Below are positions 1-8,406 of a stretch of 32,000 nt of DNA, in pieces. Location: the NCBI RefSeq assembly GCF_000011125.1, contig NC_000854.2:1410001-1442000 (forward strand). The letters run 5' to 3'. This stretch comes from Aeropyrum pernix K1. Its GTDB lineage: Archaea; Thermoproteota; Thermoprotei_A; Sulfolobales; Acidilobaceae. Under the pieces are notes generated by a model that ran no database searches, was not told where the DNA came from, and was given only the letters and a program-made list of their open reading frames with translations. Within the stretch, counting starts at the first letter, position 1; each line of letters opens with the position of its first letter. The position numbers and the translations under genes were made by a program.

Positions 1-2
1 TG

Positions 3-569
3 AGGCTGGTAAGGGCTAGCAGGAAGAGGAGTAAGACAGACATACTAGTGCTGCTTGATGTGAGCAACTCGATGAAGGACTATTGGCCCTGGATACTGGG
101 CATCCTCAACGCTCTCCGCCGCCTACCCCCGGGCAGCTACGAGGCCTTCCTATTCAGCACAAGGCTGGTGAGGGCAACTCCAATGGTTGAGGCTGCCGGG
201 GGGGCTGAGGACCTCAGGAGGCTCTTGTCCCGGGTGGAAGGCCTCTGGGGCAGCGGAACCAGGATTAGCCAGTCCGTCGAGGAGCTTCTCGAAAGCCACA
301 CCCCTGCTCTCCACCGGGGCGCCGCCGTGCTGGTGTTCAGCGACGGCTGGGACCTAGGCGACCTAGGGAGGCTGGCTTCCGCGCTGGCCGAGCTGAGGCG
401 GAGGGCGGGCTTCCTCGTATGGGTGACTCCCGAGTCGCCGCGGAGGGATGCTGGGGGCGAGCCTTCGACTATGAGGATAATCCGCCGCCACGCCGACCTC
501 ACTATAGACTTGGAGACACTGCTAAACACCAGGAGGCTCCTAAGGCTTCTCCCGAGGTCCTCCGCCTAG
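3..569 (+). CDS. VWA-domain (CoxE-like) protein, C-terminal part; 5' end lies outside the window
   Basis: MIDAS-like motif 'VLLDVSNSMK' (DxSxS), 'VLVFSDGWDLGDLGRLASAL' typical of CoxE/VWA proteins. The frame is open upstream of the called start at 48 to the window edge. Neighbours are CoxG- and XdhC-like. Confidence 0.75.
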   Translation, partial: RLVRASRKRSKTDILVLLDVSNSMKDYWPWILGILNALRRLPPGSYEAFLFSTRLVRATPMVEAAGGAEDLRRLLSRVEGLWGSGTRISQSVEELLESHTPALHRGAAVLVFSDGWDLGDLGRLASALAELRRRAGFLVWVTPESPRRDAGGEPSTMRIIRRHADLTIDLETLLNTRRLLRLLPRSSA

Positions 570-1241
570 CTGGGAGCACATCTTCGACGCCCTCTCCAGG
601 TCCTCCGGGGTGTCGACATCCAGGTGCAGCCCGGGATCGTCTACCTCAACAACCGCCAGGCTATCCCGGTATTTGCCGAAGAGGCTCCTCACCCCAGTAT
701 CTCCAGAGAGTCTAAGTAGCTCGCCCCGGAGCCTTGAGTCCACGACTACAGGAGGAGCTATAGCCCCGCCAGCCATGGGGGCGGCGATGAGGGGCCTCCG
801 GGCCATGTAGAGCGCCAGGACCCTGGCCACAGTGTGCTTCGAGACGAACGGCCTGTCCCCGTTGAAGAACAGGTAAGCCCTAGCCCCGGGCGAGGCCTCG
901 ACGCCCAGCCTGATAGAGTGGCTCAACCCCCTCCACTGCTCCCTATTCACCACTACCCTGAAGAGCCCCCTCCTCCCCGGGGGCCTCTCCCTCCTCAAAA
1001 CGTCTGCGACCTCCCCTGATGTGACGACGACAGCGCCCTCGAGAACACCCTCAAACCGGGCTACAAGCTCCAGAACGTGCCATAAAACCCTCTTCCCGCA
1101 GAGCGGCGCCAGGAGCTTGTTGAACCCCATACGCCTAGACATGCCGGCCGCCAGCACTACGGCGTATATACCCGACCTGGGCCTGAGCAGGCCAGCGGCT
1201 GATAGAGCCAGCAGGGTGTCGAGCCCCTCCAAGGCATGCAA
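540..1241 (-). CDS. MobA/MocA-like NTP transferase (molybdenum cofactor nucleotidyltransferase family)
   Basis: N-terminal signature 'YAVVLAAGMSRRMGFNKLLAPLCGKRVLWHVLE', then 'FFNGDRPFV' and 'HLDVDTPEDLERA'. The exact start is uncertain. Confidence 0.8.
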   Translation of the reverse strand: MHALEGLDTLLALSAAGLLRPRSGIYAVVLAAGMSRRMGFNKLLAPLCGKRVLWHVLELVARFEGVLEGAVVVTSGEVADVLRRERPPGRRGLFRVVVNREQWRGLSHSIRLGVEASPGARAYLFFNGDRPFVSKHTVARVLALYMARRPLIAAPMAGGAIAPPVVVDSRLRGELLRLSGDTGVRSLFGKYRDSLAVVEVDDPGLHLDVDTPEDLERASKMCSQLGGGPREKP

Positions 1242-1301
1242 CCCTTACTGAACACTCGTAGCCAGGTTAAGTAGTTCGGAAGCCAGCCTATATCATAATC
1301 T

Positions 1302-1772
1302 ATGAGGCTGCACGCGGGGGTTTGGGGGTTGAAGGTTAGGTATGAGGGCTCATTCGAAGTGTCCAAGACTCCTGAGGAGGTCTTCGAGTTCCTCACAGAC
1401 CCCAAGAGGTTTTCACGCGCATTCCCGGGCTTCAAGTCTGTGGAGGTGGAGGACGGATCCTTCACCATAGAGCTGAGGCTGAGCCTGGGGCCGCTACGCG
1501 GGGATGCTAGGGTTAGAGCCTCGTTCGAGGACCTGGAGAAGCCTAGCAAGGCTACCGTGAAGGGCTCGGGCAGGGGTGCGGGCAGCACTCTGGACTTCAC
1601 CTTGAGATTCGCAGTAGAGCCCTCGGGAGGGGGTAGTAGGGTTAGCTGGGTTTTCGAGGGCAATGTAGGGGGGCTCGCGGCAAGCATGGGGGGCAGGGTG
1701 CTCGACAGCCTTGCCAGGAGGATGATAAACGACGTTATATCTGGGGTGAAGAGGGAGCTGGGGGAAGCCTAA
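1302..1772 (+). CDS. CoxG-like / SRPBCC family protein (carbon monoxide dehydrogenase subunit G-like)
   Basis: 'VRYEGSFEVSKTPEEVFEFLTDPKRFSRAFPGFKSVEVED...' is the typical CoxG N-terminus. Context is CoxE/XdhC-like genes. The start may be slightly downstream. Confidence 0.8.
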   Translation: MRLHAGVWGLKVRYEGSFEVSKTPEEVFEFLTDPKRFSRAFPGFKSVEVEDGSFTIELRLSLGPLRGDARVRASFEDLEKPSKATVKGSGRGAGSTLDFTLRFAVEPSGGGSRVSWVFEGNVGGLAASMGGRVLDSLARRMINDVISGVKRELGEA

Positions 1773-1859
1773 GGCCGAAGGGGGGTTTTTAGCACACGCT
1801 TATCACCCCCGGCCACGCTATAGCTCCAGTGGAGCCCGAGCTTAGGTGGTGTGTAAAGG

Positions 1860-2756
1860 GTGGGAGGGGGCTTCAGGTTCGACGAGGAGAGTCTTAGAGA
1901 GTTCGTCGACATGGTCAGGGGGCTTATGGAGGAGGAGAGGGAGTTCGTCATAGCCACTGTCGTGAGCGTTAAGGGCTCAGCAGCCGCCAGGGTGGGCTCT
2001 AAGGGCGTCATACTCCCCGACGGGACTGTCAGGGGGTGGCTGGGCGGGTGGTGCAGCGAGAACGCGCTGCTCACAGTCGCCCTTTCAGCCCTGAAGGAGG
2101 GCAGGCCCAAGCTGGTGAAGCTGGTCATGTCGGGGGAGACCCTTAAGCAGGTCTCCGAGGACGTTATAGAAGTGGGTACACCCTGCGGCGGCGAGGTGCT
2201 CGTCTACTTGGAGCCCGCCTACCCCAAGCCCCACATACCCATATTCGGCAATAACGAGGTGACGAAAGCCCTCTCCAGGCTGGCGCAGCTCCTCGGCTTC
2301 AAGGTCACGGTTATCGACCCCTCGGCAGGGCCGGAGGACTATCCGGGAGCCAAGGTGCTTGCCTCCCTAGAGGACGGGGGGGTCAGGCTTGACCGCCACA
2401 CCTACCCGGTCCTCGCCACCATGGGGAGGACGGATGTCGACGTCGAAGTACTGCTCAGGATTCTCGACAAGCCGGTTGCCAGAGTCTTCCTGGTAGCCAG
2501 CGTTAACAGGGCTGAGGAGGTCCTCAGGAGACTTGCAAGGAAGGGCGTGCCCCCAGACCTCCTGGAGAAGATTGAGAGCCCCGCCGGCATAGACCTGGGC
2601 GCAGCGACCCCTGAGGAGCTGGCTCTCAGCGTTCTCGCAGGCATAGTAGCGGCGAGGAGGGGCGGGAGCGGCAGGCCGATGAGGGAGGCCAGGGGAGACC
2701 CTGTGGCCAAGGTTGTCAAGGAGCTCAGGAGGAGGGCAGAGGCTACCCCCTCTTAA
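1860..2756 (+). CDS. XdhC/CoxI family protein
   Basis: 'FVIATVVSVKGSAAARVGSKGVILPDGTVRGWLGGWCSENALL' and 'TPCGGEVLVYLEP' with a C-terminal Rossmann-like 'KVTVIDPSAG', as in XdhC/CoxI proteins. Confidence 0.85.
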   Translation: MGGGFRFDEESLREFVDMVRGLMEEEREFVIATVVSVKGSAAARVGSKGVILPDGTVRGWLGGWCSENALLTVALSALKEGRPKLVKLVMSGETLKQVSEDVIEVGTPCGGEVLVYLEPAYPKPHIPIFGNNEVTKALSRLAQLLGFKVTVIDPSAGPEDYPGAKVLASLEDGGVRLDRHTYPVLATMGRTDVDVEVLLRILDKPVARVFLVASVNRAEEVLRRLARKGVPPDLLEKIESPAGIDLGAATPEELALSVLAGIVAARRGGSGRPMREARGDPVAKVVKELRRRAEATPS

Positions 2757-2964
2757 CCACCACAGCCTCCCCACGCCCCAGGCTCACAACCTCGACCATC
2801 CCCAGCTCGGAAAGCCTCTCCAACGTCAGTCTCACCTCCCCCTCCTGGCCGCCAGCATAGACGAACCTGATCCTCGAGCCAGGCCTAGCCCGCCTCAGGG
2901 ATGTGACAACAGCCGCGAAAACGCCTCCACAACGCCTTGCCTCGGCGACAAGATCCACCTCCAC
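2743..2964 (-). CDS. Small protein, possible TusA/SirA-like fold
   Basis: 73-aa ORF convergent with and slightly overlapping the XdhC gene. The pattern 'CGGVFAAVVTSLRRARPGSRIRFVYAG...' weakly resembles TusA-family proteins. Confidence 0.4.
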   Translation of the reverse strand: MEVDLVAEARRCGGVFAAVVTSLRRARPGSRIRFVYAGGQEGEVRLTLERLSELGMVEVVSLGRGEAVVVKRG

Positions 2965-3180
2965 ACCCTCGCGTGTCAGCCCCGCTCACCCCCACAGCCT
3001 GTGAACAGCGTGGTATGGAGTGTTTGACACCGCTTCTTCCGCCGGGGGTAGGCTGTTGGGAGGGGGACGAGGACCTCGCAGGCACCCAAAACCCTCAAAC
3101 CCCCAACGAAATACTATAGCCCCCGCACTCTTGTAAGCGTTAGACAGTACGCCCGAGCGGCCGGGAGCAGTCCGGGGTGT

Positions 3181-5094
3181 TTATGTATGGTGCTGGGGCA
3201 CGGGCTTGGGAAGCTCCCCCGCCGCCCTTTCGAGGAGCTTCATATAGTACTGCCTGTCTATGCTCCCAGGAGGCCCTAGCCATACTGGGTGCGGCCTCCC
3301 TCCACCCGCTACAACGTATTTCACCGTTGGCGTCTGAACGGGGCTTTTGAGCCACGCCCTCCTCCAGGGAGTGTTTCTAGAGGAGCCCGGGTCCACCCTC
3401 TTCTCTATGACAAGCTTCTCGACCGGCGGCTCCCCCTCCCTGAGCAGCCTCATATACCCATCTACCACCTTCCAAGCCCTCTCCACCGCCCCAGGCCACT
3501 CCCCGGGGTGCCTGGCCTCCGCCAGCCTCGCTATCGCGGAGGCCTGTGCCTCCCTCACTATCTCCGGCGTGTCCCGCCTGACGGCCGCTATCCCCTTCAG
3601 CTTCACACCCCCGCTCTCGAGGGCCCCGTAGTACTTGTTTACCGCGCCGTGGCCCCTCAGGGTCGGGGGTATGTAGAGCCACTTGTACTCCGCCTCTATC
3701 TTCACCGGAACACCGGTCCTCCTCTCGATCTCCCTTGCCACCTCCCCCGGGGGGCCGCGGGGCTCGACGGGCTGTATGAAGACGGAGTCGACGAGGGAGT
3801 GGATAACCCTGTACCCCATCTCCACAGCCGCCTCCTCGGCGGCGGCCAGGGCCCTCCTGGCGGCGGCCGTCACCGTCTCGTAGGCTGCTATGCTGCCGAA
3901 GAGGCTGTTCCTGAAGCCGAGGTAGCCGAAGCCCGAGACCAGTATCCACTTTATAGCCTCCTGCTCCTCCCCGGCCCCCCGCCTCCTCGCCTCCTCCCTG
4001 AGGTCCACCAGCCTGCCGAGGACCTCGGGCACCAGCCCCCTCCTATCCATACACACCCTGTGGCCCCCGTAGCCGGGCGCGGGGTCTAGGGTGTTCCCGC
4101 ACGGCGTGTCGACAGTCTCAGCGCTTATGTTGTACATCGCTATGAGCCTGGGGTAGAGGCTGGAGTAGTCCAGCTGTACAACCCCCCAGTAAACACCGGG
4201 CTCGGGCAGCCTAGCAGCCCCCGGCATGTCAGACTCCACAAGGCTCCTGAGGCTCCTGAACCTCTCGTGCCGGGGCGCACGCTCGTCCAGGAGGTACCTC
4301 CTCCTATAAGCCTCCCTAGCCTCAGCCGCGGTCAGCACCCTGCCTATAGGGGCTCCATGGGCCATTGTGTAGGGCAGCCAGGATATCCTCATCCACACTA
4401 TGAGGCCCCGAGGCCCCACCAGGTTCCTGTCGGGCTCGAACCACAGGTACTCACGGAACCGGGAGGAACCCTCAAGAATCAGCCTCACCGGGCTCCTGGC
4501 AACTACTACATGGGGCCTACAGCCCCTGAGCACATCCAAAGCCCCGTCAACACCACCCACCGCCTCCTCCCAGCCTCCACACACTACCCTGAACCGCCCA
4601 GGCTTCTCCAGGGGGCTGGATATGGGGCCGTGCCAGGAGTAGGCCTCCACCACAGCCAAAGACAGGACCCCATAATCATCGAGGGGGCCGCACACCCTGC
4701 CCAGGAGGCAGCCGGGGCGGAGGCCCAGGCGCCAGAGGACCTCCACCAGGGGGCCTGGATACCTGTTAACCCTCCTAGCAACGCCCCGGGCCTCGAGGGC
4801 CGAGGCCACACGCCCAACCCCTCTCCACCCGCCCTCCACAACAACGACCTCCACCAGCCTGTCATACCTGGGGGGAGACAGCCAGTCCTCCACCCAGGCC
4901 TCCACACCCTCCGCCTCCACGCCCCGGGCCAGGGTGCTGGCATCCGTGTTGATGGGGAGTAGGTAGGCGCGGGCCGCCGCCTCGACATTCAGGGCCTCGA
5001 GCCCCCCGCCCGGCGATGCTACTGTTAGCTGGAGCAGCCTGCCGCCGAGGGGCTCGGCGTCAAGTATGAGCCTCTCCCCCACCCTCCCCACCAC
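3181..5094 (-). CDS. Family B DNA polymerase homolog, PolB2/Dpo2-like, with degraded catalytic motifs
   Basis: Motif A-like 'VVQLDYSSLYPRLIAMYN', motif B-like 'IKWILVSGFGYLGF', motif C position 'VIHSLVDSVFI' (canonical VIYGDTDSVFV). 637 aa, GTG start. The N-terminal exonuclease region lacks a recognisable DIE motif ('LSLAVVEAYS'). Confidence 0.85.
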   Translation of the reverse strand: MVGRVGERLILDAEPLGGRLLQLTVASPGGGLEALNVEAAARAYLLPINTDASTLARGVEAEGVEAWVEDWLSPPRYDRLVEVVVVEGGWRGVGRVASALEARGVARRVNRYPGPLVEVLWRLGLRPGCLLGRVCGPLDDYGVLSLAVVEAYSWHGPISSPLEKPGRFRVVCGGWEEAVGGVDGALDVLRGCRPHVVVARSPVRLILEGSSRFREYLWFEPDRNLVGPRGLIVWMRISWLPYTMAHGAPIGRVLTAAEAREAYRRRYLLDERAPRHERFRSLRSLVESDMPGAARLPEPGVYWGVVQLDYSSLYPRLIAMYNISAETVDTPCGNTLDPAPGYGGHRVCMDRRGLVPEVLGRLVDLREEARRRGAGEEQEAIKWILVSGFGYLGFRNSLFGSIAAYETVTAAARRALAAAEEAAVEMGYRVIHSLVDSVFIQPVEPRGPPGEVAREIERRTGVPVKIEAEYKWLYIPPTLRGHGAVNKYYGALESGGVKLKGIAAVRRDTPEIVREAQASAIARLAEARHPGEWPGAVERAWKVVDGYMRLLREGEPPVEKLVIEKRVDPGSSRNTPWRRAWLKSPVQTPTVKYVVAGGGRPHPVWLGPPGSIDRQYYMKLLERAAGELPKPVPQHHT

Positions 5095-5320
5095 TCCCCC
5101 TGCAGGACCTCGCCGCCTCCAGTATCATCGCTATGTAGACGGGCTCCATGGGGTCGCTCATCGGCACGTACCTGTAGGCCTCCAGGACCCTCCTGTAGCT
5201 GGAGAGCAGGTCCTCCAGGAGCCTCCTATCCTCGCCGCTCCTAAGGTGGCGGAGGAGCCTGCGGAGCCTCTCAACCTCGGCCTCTACAAGTACTCTTCCA
5301 GGGGCCGCTGTCCTGCCCAT
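5060..5320 (-). CDS. Small (86 aa) helical protein encoded between the PolB2-like and RadA-like genes
   Basis: ORF overlaps both neighbours (35 nt with 3181..5094 and 37 nt with 5284..5934) in the same orientation. Charged/Leu-rich helical composition 'VEAEVERLRRLLRHLRSGEDRRLLEDLLSSYRRVLEAYRY'. Confidence 0.6.
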   Translation of the reverse strand: MGRTAAPGRVLVEAEVERLRRLLRHLRSGEDRRLLEDLLSSYRRVLEAYRYVPMSDPMEPVYIAMILEAARSCRGSGGEGGGEAHT

Positions 5321-5934
5321 AAGAGCCTCACCCCCAGCTCAGGCTCGGGGGCTAGAGCGGCCTGGGGCACAGGCTTGGCTGGGTGCTTCAGCAGCGTAGC
5401 AAACACCCCCCGCCCCCTCCACTCCGCCCTGGCTATAACGTGGACACTGTGGTGGTGGAAGTGGCCACCCTCCGGCCTCGCCCTGCCGAACTGGGTGACC
5501 CTGTTGGCCACGAACACCATGCTCCCCCGGGCCGCCGCCCTTAGGGCCCCCGTGATGCGGGTCAGAAGGCTGTAGGCCAACGGTGTCCTGGGGGCGAACC
5601 TGAAGGGGTCCACCACGACCACCGTCCCGGCGCCTGTTGAGGAGGCCTCCAAGACGAGGCTGGCCACGTCGTGCAGCCTGAAGGCCCGGGCGAACAATAT
5701 GTTACCGGGGTCTCCGCCCCTCATCCTGGATAGCCTGGCCGCCAGGTATGGGTCGAAGCCGCCGAAGTCCTGCACGTTGACAACCGCAACCCTACCCCTC
5801 CGTGAAGCCTCCGCCACAGCGGCGTGGGCAAGGAGCCTCGCCGCACCCCCATAGACCTCCACAACCCAGCCCGAGCTGGGCACCGGGCTCAGGAGCCTAT
5901 CCAGGCTGGGCACGCCGGTGACACTGGCCAACAC
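5284..5934 (-). CDS. RadA/RecA-superfamily paralog lacking a Walker A motif
   Basis: 'SGWVVEVYGGAARLLAHAAVAEA' aligns by position with the RadA P-loop region (normally G-x-GSGKT). Walker B-like 'AGTVVVVDPFRFAPRT'. C-terminal 'ANRVTQFGRARPEGGHFHHHSVHVIARAEWRGRGVFATLLKHPAKP' resembles the RadA 'NQV...GG...H...R' region. Confidence 0.65.
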   Translation of the reverse strand: MLASVTGVPSLDRLLSPVPSSGWVVEVYGGAARLLAHAAVAEASRRGRVAVVNVQDFGGFDPYLAARLSRMRGGDPGNILFARAFRLHDVASLVLEASSTGAGTVVVVDPFRFAPRTPLAYSLLTRITGALRAAARGSMVFVANRVTQFGRARPEGGHFHHHSVHVIARAEWRGRGVFATLLKHPAKPVPQAALAPEPELGVRLLWAGQRPLEEYL

Positions 5935-6063
5935 CCCCGCACCCCGCTACGGGGAAAAGCCGTCCTGCTGATAAATGCGGCGGTGGGCTGTGCAGCCGCT
6001 AGCCCCCCACACCATCCCAAATCTAACCGGGGCTGAGCTGTAAGAAACCCGCCTACACCAGGG

Positions 6064-6798
6064 CTACGGGTATTCCACGGCGTGTGCTTCGGTCTTGAAT
6101 CCGGCCGGGGTCACAACCTCTGCCACAGCCTTGAACGGCGTCTCAACCAGGAACACAAGGTTCTCGTCAACGTAGTGGTAGGGCTTGAGGTCCACGGTCT
6201 TGAGGGCCAACTGGAATATGCAGAAGCCTTTGAGCAGGCTGCCCTCCCGGACGTCGAACTCAACCCAGAACCCCTGCCACCGAGGCTCTTCCCTGCCGAA
6301 GATCTCGTACACAGCCTTCTTGGTGTAGCAGGAAGCCAGCGGCCCCCCATACCCCAGCTCCACCGTCTCCCTGCTCAGGTTGGCCAGTGTAATGTAGATG
6401 TCCAGAAGCGCGAGATCATCCACGCCATCCGCCCAGGCCTCGGGGACCCGGTCGCACAAGGCGGCTGAACTGGAGCTGCAGTACTCCTCCAGGAGGGAGA
6501 CAACGTTCCTCAGAAGACTCTCGTCGGTGTAGAAGCTGTAGATAACACGGACCTTCAGCCCGTCCGCAGTAAACTCGTACTCAATAACCTTAGAGGGCTC
6601 GAAACCCTCGATAACGCTAGTCCTGCCAGAGAACTCGCCTGTAGGCAGCATAAAATCGGGGCTGGAGCTTCCAGGCGATAGCAGGAAGTAGGCCGCGGAG
6701 GCCACGGCTAGGAGAGCAGCTATAGCCGCTGCAAACAGCAGGAAGCCGCCTGGCCAGCGCCACTCGAGGATGGGCAAAGGAAGCCCCCAACGATACAT
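6064..6798 (-). CDS. Hypothetical protein with an N-terminal transmembrane/signal-anchor segment
   Basis: 244-aa ORF, N-terminal 'GGFLLFAAAIAALLAVASAAYFLL' hydrophobic segment followed by a soluble domain. GC-rich coding style. Confidence 0.6.
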   Translation of the reverse strand: MYRWGLPLPILEWRWPGGFLLFAAAIAALLAVASAAYFLLSPGSSSPDFMLPTGEFSGRTSVIEGFEPSKVIEYEFTADGLKVRVIYSFYTDESLLRNVVSLLEEYCSSSSAALCDRVPEAWADGVDDLALLDIYITLANLSRETVELGYGGPLASCYTKKAVYEIFGREEPRWQGFWVEFDVREGSLLKGFCIFQLALKTVDLKPYHYVDENLVFLVETPFKAVAEVVTPAGFKTEAHAVEYP

Positions 6799-6930
6799 AA
6801 TTGGCGAAACCCCGTTTTTAACAAGCCTGACACGAACACCCAGCCGCTAGCTATAGATACAACGTATCCCATCTTAACCTATTCTCCACGATAATTGTGA
6901 GCTTCAAAGCAGCAGTTCCGACTCTCTTGT

Positions 6931-7521
6931 CTAGCCGTTGCCGCTTGTAACAAGTGCTCTGGTAAGGTCTACTAGGTTGTCCAGCTCTTCCTGCTGTATT
7001 TCAAAGGGGTTTACTCTGCTTCCCGCCCTCTCCAGGATGGCGGCTATTCTCTGCAAGGCTTCACCGTCTTCCGAGAGCCTATTTACAATGTACGGGTGCT
7101 CCTTCCCTGTGAGGTCTGCGAAATACACGGATAGGCTCCCGTATACTAGATACCATTTCTTATAATGTTCGCCGCCCTCCAAATCATACAAAGCCTTACT
7201 AAATGTTGCCAGCGCCTTCGAGTTAACCATCGCCTCGGCAACCAGGAAGCGCGTCCTATCAGGGTCACCGTTATAGCTGCTGGCAAGCGCCATAATGTCG
7301 TCAGCCAGGATGGAGACGTGGAATCCCGAACCCTCTACCAGGCTAACGGCAACCCTCTCTTCGGTTCTAACATACTCTAGGTTAGCGTACGCGCTAATAG
7401 CTAAAGATGTAAGTAACAAGCCAAACAGAACCTTAAACAGTGTAGCATTGCTAAGCCCATACAACACTCTGAACCCTGCTAATAATCTAAACAAATGCTT
7501 TGCCCATATCAACATTAACAA
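6931..7521 (-). CDS. Hypothetical protein with an N-terminal hydrophobic segment
   Basis: 196-aa ORF, 'FKVLFGLLLTSLAISAYANLEYV' TM segment. Same orientation and topology as the preceding gene. Confidence 0.55.
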   Translation of the reverse strand: MLMLIWAKHLFRLLAGFRVLYGLSNATLFKVLFGLLLTSLAISAYANLEYVRTEERVAVSLVEGSGFHVSILADDIMALASSYNGDPDRTRFLVAEAMVNSKALATFSKALYDLEGGEHYKKWYLVYGSLSVYFADLTGKEHPYIVNRLSEDGEALQRIAAILERAGSRVNPFEIQQEELDNLVDLTRALVTSGNG

Positions 7522-8406
7522 AATAGGGATGAAGGGACACTATTATAAACCACAATAGCTCTATCAGCAAAAACACGGGGAAAAGCTGCCGCTAATCGTG
7601 TCTCCCGAGCTGGCTGGGGCATACAGGAATTTTTAGGCGGAAGCTTGGTAGGGCTTAGAAGCTAAAAGTAGTTGTAGAACGGAGCTATGCAGAATTGAAC
7701 AACCGCCTTTGACATATGTCATCTTCATAGTTTTGAGTTCACAATGATACTGTGTGTAAAGCTCTGGATGAAAGAGAAATGATAATATGCATCATGAAAT
7801 CGGCTGATGCGCCACGGGACGATTACAGGAGGCAGGAGATGCTAGACGTAGCCCAAAGGCTAGATGTCCATGGCAAGGCAGAGCCTTAGGGGCGAGAAAA
7901 CGCGGAGGGTATACCATAACATGATAGGTAGGTCTAGTTCTAGTATGGTTGATTACAGGACGCTAATTCATGCAGCCAATGGATTTTGAGGGCGTGGAGA
8001 TGTGAAGCTGATGTGAATATACGACAGTACGATATAGCTAGTAGACGCTGTTAATAATATTTTTAATAGAATACACAAGAAGAACTTGCCCCCTCCAAAG
8101 GTGGCTTGGCGGAGACAGGGAGGAGACTGCGAAAGTGAGGCATGGGCAAGCTGTGTACCATGCGTGAAGCGTGTTTAGCACCAGGTCACTGCGTATTTGG
8201 GAGAGCGTATCAAGGAAGAGCTGGGGACCCGAAAAGAAGGCTATGTAATGGTAAGCTTAGTGTTGTGCTAAAGGATAAAGTCCTATGGCGTCTCCTGTCC
8301 TAGCCCATGATGACTAGCATATAGTTGAAATAATGGGAACCCTGATCGGAGCTTTCGAGATTGTTTTCACTCAAGTAGTTCGGTAACGAATTTAAAAAGA
8401 AGAGAG

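Noticed and set aside
3289-4089. Long plus-strand ORF (266 aa) and other antisense ORFs (e.g. 3377..3949) within the polymerase gene
   Set aside because: They lie opposite a clear homologous gene, are Pro/Arg/His-rich and low-complexity as expected for GC-rich antisense frames, and show no family motifs.
3181-5094. Interpretation as a functional replicative DNA polymerase
   Set aside because: Motif C lacks the first catalytic Asp, motif B and the exonuclease I motif are altered, and the protein is short; PolB2-like inactivated polymerase fits better.
7560-8400. Insertion sequence or transposon
   Set aside because: No terminal inverted repeats, target duplications or transposase motifs could be identified; only short protein-like fragments remain.
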